This document shows, one piece after another, positions 58,767 to 64,000 of a stretch of 64,000 nt of DNA (positions within the stretch are counted from its first letter, which is position 1; every line of letters starts with the position of its first letter). Position numbers and translations under genes: made by a program. Below the pieces are notes generated by a model. That model did not search any database, had not been told where the DNA came from, and saw only the letters and a program-made list of their open reading frames with translations. The stretch comes from an uncultured Clostridia bacterium (GTDB lineage Bacteria > Bacillota > Clostridia > TANB77 > CAG-508), in the NCBI GenBank assembly GCA_934140005.1, contig CAKPBB010000007.1, positions 1,982-65,981 of the forward strand, read 5' to 3'.

Positions 58767-59259
58767 TTTCGCTCTCCTCTCTTATATTTTCTTCTTTTTT
58801 ATTTTCTATATCTTTTGTATTCTTTTCTTCTGTGTTACCTAACGTTTTGGTAACGTTACTTTTTTCATTTTCACTTTTATGCTTTTCACGAAATCTTCTT
58901 TGTCGTTCTCGACCTTGCATCTGATACTTTTCATATTTTTCAATACTTTGATACTTGTCCCAATTTTTTATCAGAAATGTTTCCCCTTCTTTTATTAACA
59001 TTTCTAATTCTAGAAACTTTTTCAAAATTTTTTCAATTTTTTTATTAGATTTTCCCATAATCTTTGAAAAATTTTGAATTGTCATTGGATTATTTTCCCC
59101 TATTTCTAATCTTCCTTTATTATTACATTCAACTGCTAATGCAATTAACTGAATCCACACTCTAAAATAAGTGTCTCCTTCAGGAAGTTTTAGAAGTATT
59201 TGAATTTTCCTGTTTGAAAATATATTAGTTTCTGTTTTAAACCACGGTAATTCATACAT
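58741..59259 (-). CDS. Phage/ICE-type replisome organizer (DnaD-like N-terminal region)
   Basis: MYELPWFKTETNIFSNRKIQILLKLPEGDTYFRVWIQLIALA matches the replisome-organizer N-terminal pattern. Paired with the DnaC-like gene. Confidence 0.65.
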   Translation of the reverse strand: MYELPWFKTETNIFSNRKIQILLKLPEGDTYFRVWIQLIALAVECNNKGRLEIGENNPMTIQNFSKIMGKSNKKIEKILKKFLELEMLIKEGETFLIKNWDKYQSIEKYEKYQMQGRERQRRFREKHKSENEKSNVTKTLGNTEEKNTKDIENKKEENIREESENGFRQYKL

Positions 59260-59285
59260 TGCCTCCTTTCCTCACTTTCTATCAA

Positions 59286-59486
59286 TTAATATTTAATTGA
59301 TTCTTTTTCTTTGCTACTTAGATATTCATCTAACACTTGAACTCTAAATAGAAATTTTCCGCCAACTTTGGAGCATGGTATTTGTTTTCTTCTTACTAAT
59401 TGATTAATTAACAAATAAGAAATTCCTAAATACTCTGCTGCTTCTTTCATTGTTAGTGTAGTTCTTTGAACTTTTTGTAGTCCCAT
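59286..59486 (-). CDS. xis: Excisionase-family / MerR-like helix-turn-helix DNA-binding protein
   Basis: 66 aa. LTMKEAAEYLGISYLLINQLVRRKQIPCSKVGGKFLFRVQVLDEYL is the typical HTH_17 excisionase pattern. Confidence 0.7.
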   Translation of the reverse strand: MGLQKVQRTTLTMKEAAEYLGISYLLINQLVRRKQIPCSKVGGKFLFRVQVLDEYLSSKEKESIKY

Positions 59487-59664
59487 ACATTGTCCTCCTT
59501 TTCTTTAAGTTATAAATCTTCGTTAACAAGTTTTATAAAGTTTTTCGTGTTAACTAATTGAATTTTACCACGCTTTATGATAAAATCCTATTAAATTTAG
59601 TAAATTCAGTTATCAAAATGAATTTTTTGGTTATTTTACAATTTGTTAACAAGGGAGATTATAT

Positions 59665-60903
59665 ATGGAAAGAAAAAATAAAATAGGTATATCCTTTGAT
59701 GCTTCATACTTTTCTCAAATATTTATCCATACTTCTGGAGCATATTTGAGTAAGCCTATTAGTAACAATAATAATAAATATTTAGCAAATTTAGGAACTA
59801 TCCCGCCTAATGATAGATTTGGACAATTGGTTTTAGAACTTGAAAATGCAACTTCTGAATCAAAACGAGAAGAAATAATTAATGAATTGAAATCAATAGT
59901 AGAAATAGATAGGACTGCTAATACTATGCCACTTTCTTTTAAAGATAACATAGAAGAATTAAAAGGTTATATAATTTTTGAACCAACCACTGCTGTTGAA
60001 CATTATGATCTTTCTCTATTAGATTTTATAAGTTATGATTTTGATATATTTAATGATTATTTATTATTTTTTATAAATTTCTTTGATTATTTTATAGATA
60101 AATTAGATAACAAAGATATTAAATATATTGAATTAGACACCTTATATCCAGTAAATGAAATAATAGAAATAGCTAAAAAATACTATGATACAGAAAAAGA
60201 AAATTTAATATATTATCAAAGTCTTTTCAAGAAATGTATTAATTTTGTTTATTGCATTGATAATCCTTTTGATATGAAGTATTTAACTCATAAGCAAAAA
60301 TTCTTCTTATATAATCAATTATATCAAGATACTTTTGCAGAATTTAAACAAGACTTTCATTCAACAGACTTATTAGATTATCAATATAATGATTTTCCTA
60401 TAAGAAAAGAATTGATTGGACTTGAGGATATAAATGTTTTAATTTCTGCTATTGAAGAAATAGACCCTACTGGAAGAAAACTTAATAGTTTACAACAATT
60501 TGAAACTAATAATTTATTCACCAGTTTTTATATTACACTATTCAATGTAGTAGCAGTAAATAAAATGCATATTAAAATATGTGGTAATTGCAAAAGATAC
60601 TTTCTAACTTCGAAAGAAAATGTTACATATTGTGATAGAATAATTGAAAATAATATGACCTGTAAAGATATTGGAAATAAAGAATATCAAAAGAGAAAAA
60701 AAGAAAATGATACAACCTATGATAAATATAGAAAAATCGGAAGTAGAAAACAACTTCGTGCATCTCGAAATCCTGAAATAGATATGTATCAAGAAGATTT
60801 AAAACAATATAGAAAAATCGGAAAACAAATGTATAAGGATGTTTGTTCTGGTAAAATTTCTAACGAAGAATTTGCTAAATGGGTTGATGAGCAAGATAAG
60901 TAA
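59665..60903 (+). CDS. Hypothetical protein with a C-terminal Cys-cluster (zinc-ribbon-like) and basic tail
   Basis: KICGNCKRYFLTSKENVTYCDRIIENNMTCKDIG. Transcribed divergently from the xis-like gene. Confidence 0.55.
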   Translation: MERKNKIGISFDASYFSQIFIHTSGAYLSKPISNNNNKYLANLGTIPPNDRFGQLVLELENATSESKREEIINELKSIVEIDRTANTMPLSFKDNIEELKGYIIFEPTTAVEHYDLSLLDFISYDFDIFNDYLLFFINFFDYFIDKLDNKDIKYIELDTLYPVNEIIEIAKKYYDTEKENLIYYQSLFKKCINFVYCIDNPFDMKYLTHKQKFFLYNQLYQDTFAEFKQDFHSTDLLDYQYNDFPIRKELIGLEDINVLISAIEEIDPTGRKLNSLQQFETNNLFTSFYITLFNVVAVNKMHIKICGNCKRYFLTSKENVTYCDRIIENNMTCKDIGNKEYQKRKKENDTTYDKYRKIGSRKQLRASRNPEIDMYQEDLKQYRKIGKQMYKDVCSGKISNEEFAKWVDEQDK

Positions 60904-60931
60904 AAAACAAGTACAAAATGTACTTGTTTTT
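60903..60931. terminator. Bidirectional terminator
   Basis: 13-bp perfect stem AAAAACAAGTACA / TGTACTTGTTTTT with a 3-nt loop. Confidence 0.8.
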
Positions 60932-61506
60932 TATCCAACTTGATTTATCCAATCTCTTATATTAGTTCCAACTCTTTCTATATCTCTATCTCCAAGTTCT
61001 CCACCATGCATTATAACATTTCTAGATCTTTCCAATGTATTTATAATTTGTCTTGCCCAATCCAAAGATATTAAATAGTCTTCAAATTCATTCCAGTTTT
61101 GTTGAATTATATTGTTTAAATCTCCCATTTCAGTATAATTTAGTAATCTGTCTCCCCTTTGCTGATGCCATTTTATTTTTTCCTCTTCTTTCCTTCTACT
61201 CTCAGCTCTTTTTCTTATCGCTTCTGATACTGATTCTTCCCACCAATTTTCTCCTTTTTCTTCTGATAGTGTTTTTGCAATAAAATCTCTAACCATATTT
61301 TCAAAAGAAGTAATCGCAACATAAACCGAAGCCATCTTTTTGGATATTATTACATGTTCTTCATCTAACAAATCTATTGATAAATGTTCAGCAATCTCTG
61401 AATCGATGTAATTAGAATTATTAGATCTACCTAATAATTCTGTCCTTTCCATAGCTACTTTAGCCAAATTTCCTCTTAAAACAAATGAATATATCTGATC
61501 TTCCAA
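60931..61506 (-). CDS. Swt1-like HEPN-domain protein (putative RNase effector)
   Basis: C-terminal Rx4H motif (LERSRNVIMHGG). TTG start with GAGGAGAAG 6 nt upstream. Lies 14 nt after the DUF5343-like gene. Confidence 0.6.
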   Translation of the reverse strand: MEDQIYSFVLRGNLAKVAMERTELLGRSNNSNYIDSEIAEHLSIDLLDEEHVIISKKMASVYVAITSFENMVRDFIAKTLSEEKGENWWEESVSEAIRKRAESRRKEEEKIKWHQQRGDRLLNYTEMGDLNNIIQQNWNEFEDYLISLDWARQIINTLERSRNVIMHGGELGDRDIERVGTNIRDWINQVG

Positions 61507-61520
61507 TTTAATCTTCTCCT

Positions 61521-62153
61521 CTAAAATAAATGTTTTTTCATACTTGAAAAAATAGCATCATAAACAGATTCATCTCTAGTTTCTGGTAAATGAATTTGAA
61601 TATCATAATGTAATTCTAACTTTTCTTTTTTAGAGTTAGAAATTATTTTTTCTTCAACAGGCTTTGGCTCTTGACTCTTTACTTCCTCTTTAGTCTGAAT
61701 TTCTACAATTTTAGTTTTATTTTCTTTTTCATTCCAATCTGCTATTGAACATAATGCTGAAAAAGTCATCGCCATTAATGAAATAACTTTTTCCGTCTTT
61801 TGCCCTTGAGTAAGTGTTCTTAATTTATTTTTTACCTCATCTGTAGATAATGACTGAGCATTTATATTTATATTAAATAAATCCTCATAGGCCTCCCTAA
61901 TTCCTTCAGCTAAAACTTCTTTATATATTCCTTGATCTAAAAATCTATAATATCTTTCTGTTGGTGAACCACTTTCATCTAATAGTCCTAATGCTTTAAA
62001 CAAATTTATATATAGTCTATCATTGCTACTTTTAAATCCTAAATCTTCTAAAAATTTATATGTAAATCTATCTGGTGCCTTTGCTGTTAGTACAGCATTT
62101 ATTACAGGTTCTAAATTTTTAGTTGAAGTTAAATATGCATTTGTTAATGACAT
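61521..62153 (-). CDS. DUF5343-like protein
   Basis: The N-terminal APDRFTYKFLEDLGFKSSNDRLYINLFKALGLLDESGSPTERYYRFLD matches the DUF5343 pattern as I recall it. Confidence 0.5.
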   Translation of the reverse strand: MSLTNAYLTSTKNLEPVINAVLTAKAPDRFTYKFLEDLGFKSSNDRLYINLFKALGLLDESGSPTERYYRFLDQGIYKEVLAEGIREAYEDLFNININAQSLSTDEVKNKLRTLTQGQKTEKVISLMAMTFSALCSIADWNEKENKTKIVEIQTKEEVKSQEPKPVEEKIISNSKKEKLELHYDIQIHLPETRDESVYDAIFSSMKKHLF

Positions 62154-62389
62154 TTTTCATTCCTCCTTTATCTTTTGTCGCATTATATCACATTTTCTGT
62201 TAAAAGTCCAGCAATTCATTGATACGACAACTTTTGACGAATTTCGACATATCTTTATATATAATTTTTTAAAGTTTATTTTTGTTATCTATTGCATTTT
62301 GTTATCATTTATTATATAATTTATATTGTTAACAGATATATACATCCCCTCCCACACATAGGTATGCCTGAAAGGAGGTGAAAAAGGTA

Positions 62390-63583
62390 ATGGCTGGGAG
62401 TATTGAAAAAAGAGGAAAGAATAGTTACAGATTAGTTTGCCTTGCTGGGTATGACTTGCAAGGAAGACCTATTAAGAAAACCAAAACAATACACGGAACT
62501 AAAAAAGAAGCTGAAATAGAACTTGCTAAATTTGTTGCAGATGTTCAAAATGGTCTTGTAATTGATGGTAAATCTCTTAAATTCTCTGAATTTACTGAAA
62601 TATGGAAAAGAGATTATGGTTCAAAAGAACTTGCGCCTTCAACTTACAAGAGATATTGCAGAATGCTAGAAACAAGAATTTTACCCTACTTTGGACATTT
62701 CTATATTAACAAGATTAAACCTACTGATATTATGCAATTCTATGATTTACTTAGTAGAGATACTCAGTTAGTTAGAAAGAAAAGCAACAATGGTAAGAAA
62801 ACTCTAAAACCTTTATCTGGCAAAACAATTTTAGAGCATCACCGACTACTTCGTGCAATGCTACACAAAGCTATATATTGGCAATTGATTGTATCTAACC
62901 CTGCAGAACGTGTTCAACCACCAAAAGCTAAAAAGCCAAAAAGAAGATACTATGATGATGAGCAATGTAAAGTATTATTAGAAAATTTAACAACACTTGG
63001 TCAAGATCAAATAAAATATAAAGTTGCAATCATCTTAACAGTATTTACTGGTGTAAGGCTTGGTGAATTAATGGGATTAGAATGGCAAGATGTTGATTTC
63101 AAAACTGGCATTATAAGTATAAATCGTTCAAGTCAATATTTAGCAGACAAAGGTGTATTTACAAAAACACCAAAAACAGAAAGCTCTATCAGAGAAGTAG
63201 CAATTCCAGATTTCGTAATTTCCTTGCTTGAGGAATATAAGTTATGGTATGAAGAACAAAAATCCATCTACGGCGAATTATGGACTAATTCTAATAGGTT
63301 ATTTGTACAAACTGATGGCAAGCCTATGCACCCTTCTACAATTAGTAAATGGTTTGTAAAATATGTTGGACAAATAGGACTACCTGTAATTAACTTTCAC
63401 GGATTAAGACACACTAACGCTACATTATTAATAGCACAAAATATTGATGTAGCAGTTGTAGCAGCAAGACTAGGACATGCTCAAATTACAACAACTTATA
63501 ATTTCTATGTGCATCCTATTATTTCTCATAATAGATTAGCAGGAAATGCTCTAGAGAATTTGTTGCTACCATCAAAAAATTAG
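62390..63583 (+). CDS. int: Tyrosine site-specific integrase (Tn916/phage-integrase family)
   Basis: N-terminal SIEKRGKNSYRL arm-binding style. Catalytic TGVRLGEL (R), HGLRHTNATL (HxxR) and LGHAQITTTYNFYVH (H...Y). ATG 62390 is preferred over GTG 62378. Confidence 0.9.
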   Translation: MAGSIEKRGKNSYRLVCLAGYDLQGRPIKKTKTIHGTKKEAEIELAKFVADVQNGLVIDGKSLKFSEFTEIWKRDYGSKELAPSTYKRYCRMLETRILPYFGHFYINKIKPTDIMQFYDLLSRDTQLVRKKSNNGKKTLKPLSGKTILEHHRLLRAMLHKAIYWQLIVSNPAERVQPPKAKKPKRRYYDDEQCKVLLENLTTLGQDQIKYKVAIILTVFTGVRLGELMGLEWQDVDFKTGIISINRSSQYLADKGVFTKTPKTESSIREVAIPDFVISLLEEYKLWYEEQKSIYGELWTNSNRLFVQTDGKPMHPSTISKWFVKYVGQIGLPVINFHGLRHTNATLLIAQNIDVAVVAARLGHAQITTTYNFYVHPIISHNRLAGNALENLLLPSKN

Positions 63584-63736
63584 TCTAAAATCTTTTTTCA
63601 GATTTCACTAAGGCAAATCAAAAGCCATTAAACTTTTCACGATTAAAAAAGTAAAAGACTACTAAAAAATATTTTAGGTTTCCCATAGTCTTTTACTGAA
63701 TATTTATTAGAAATATAAACGTTTTATGAGGATTTC

Positions 63737-63755
63737 TTCCCCAACTTTTCCCCAA
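63737..63755 (+). repeat. Right copy of the 19-bp direct repeat (putative attR core)
   Basis: TTCCCCAACTTTTCCCCAA, identical to 42554-42572. Confidence 0.6.
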
Positions 63756-63849
63756 TTCCACATAAAAAGGCTATTTTTAGTCATTATTGTTAACTAATTG
63801 GAGGATATAAAAAATCGCTACAACTTAGATAGCTGTAACGATATAAGTT

Positions 63850-63895
63850 TGGTTGCGGGGGTAAGACTCGAACTTACGACCTTCGGGTTACGAGC
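63850..63895 (-). pseudogene. Truncated tRNA-fMet 3' fragment (att-type remnant)
   Basis: The reverse complement GCTCGTAACCCGAAGGTCGTAAGTTCGAGTCTTACCCCCGCAACCA matches 44 of 46 nt of the 3' part of the tRNA at 33046-33121. No D-arm or 5' acceptor strand lies beyond 63895. Confidence 0.8.
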
Positions 63896-64000
63896 GAACA
63901 TCAGTTCTTTTTTGTATAATATTTTATTTTGTTCTAAAATGGTGTAAATTGTTACTACTCTAAGCATTGACTTGTTATATTTTAGTGTGTTTTATTTTGC

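Larger units (their letters stand above)
42554..63755. mobile_element. ~21.2-kb integrative mobilizable element (int, xis-like, relaxase, replication module, TnpV, defence cargo)
   Basis: A 19-bp perfect direct repeat TTCCCCAACTTTTCCCCAA occurs at both ends, within ~45 bp of imperfect similarity. The integrase gene sits 154 bp inside the right repeat and TnpV just inside the left repeat. Confidence 0.6.

Noticed and set aside
63651-63696. Hairpin GTAAAAGACTA...TAGTCTTTTAC after the integrase gene as a terminator
   Set aside because: The 24-nt loop is long and there is no following T run. It may be structural or an integrase or Xis arm site, but the evidence is too weak to list as a feature.
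42554-63755. Prophage interpretation (integrase, Xis, DnaD/DnaC-like genes)
   Set aside because: No terminase, portal, capsid, tail or lysis genes are present. A MobA/VirD2 relaxase and TnpV are present instead, which fits an integrative mobilizable element.
63850-63925. A possible functional tRNA on the minus strand (the anticodon-loop-like CTCGTAA would read CGU)
   Set aside because: Only the anticodon-arm 3' half, T-arm and acceptor 3' strand are present. The sequence beyond 63895 cannot form a D-arm or pair with the acceptor 3' strand, so it is a fragment.

Overview
This is a visibly AT-rich, Firmicutes-style chromosome segment with three blocks. All homology calls come from reading motifs by eye; no searches were run.

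(1) Positions 1-32270 are an almost entirely minus-strand type IV secretion (T4SS)-like cluster.
- It has seven tandem VirB2/TrbC-like pilin paralogs, a PrgI/VirB3-like protein and a VirB4-like ATPase.
- It has three VirB6-like paralog sets, one split into two ORFs and two carrying very long C-terminal extensions.
- It has two tandem ~1400-aa cell-wall hydrolase paralogs and a glucosaminidase.
- No coupling protein, relaxase or integrase is visible. The cluster runs off the left edge.

(2) Positions 32493-42395 are ordinary housekeeping genes: an ArsC/Spx-family protein, an initiator tRNA-fMet with a consensus promoter and terminator, a polytopic membrane protein, an alpha/beta hydrolase, ComEA, a D-Ala-D-Ala carboxypeptidase, an LCP protein, CvpA, and a pyrophosphatase-VOC fusion.

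(3) Positions ~42554-63755 are a ~21.2-kb integrative mobilizable element bounded by a 19-bp perfect direct repeat.
- Backbone genes: tyrosine integrase, Xis-like HTH, MobA/VirD2-type relaxase, replisome-organizer plus DnaC-like loader, ParB-N-like protein and TnpV.
- Defence-type cargo: a BcgI-like RM subunit plus S subunit, a DUF262/DUF1524 (GmrSD-like) protein, and a DUF5343 + Swt1-like HEPN pair.
- The best candidate for an undescribed system is a separate operon here: a 4-TM membrane protein, a Zn-ribbon HNH nuclease, and a 1572-aa STAND/NACHT-like NTPase.

A truncated, inverted tRNA-fMet 3' fragment lies just right of the element.
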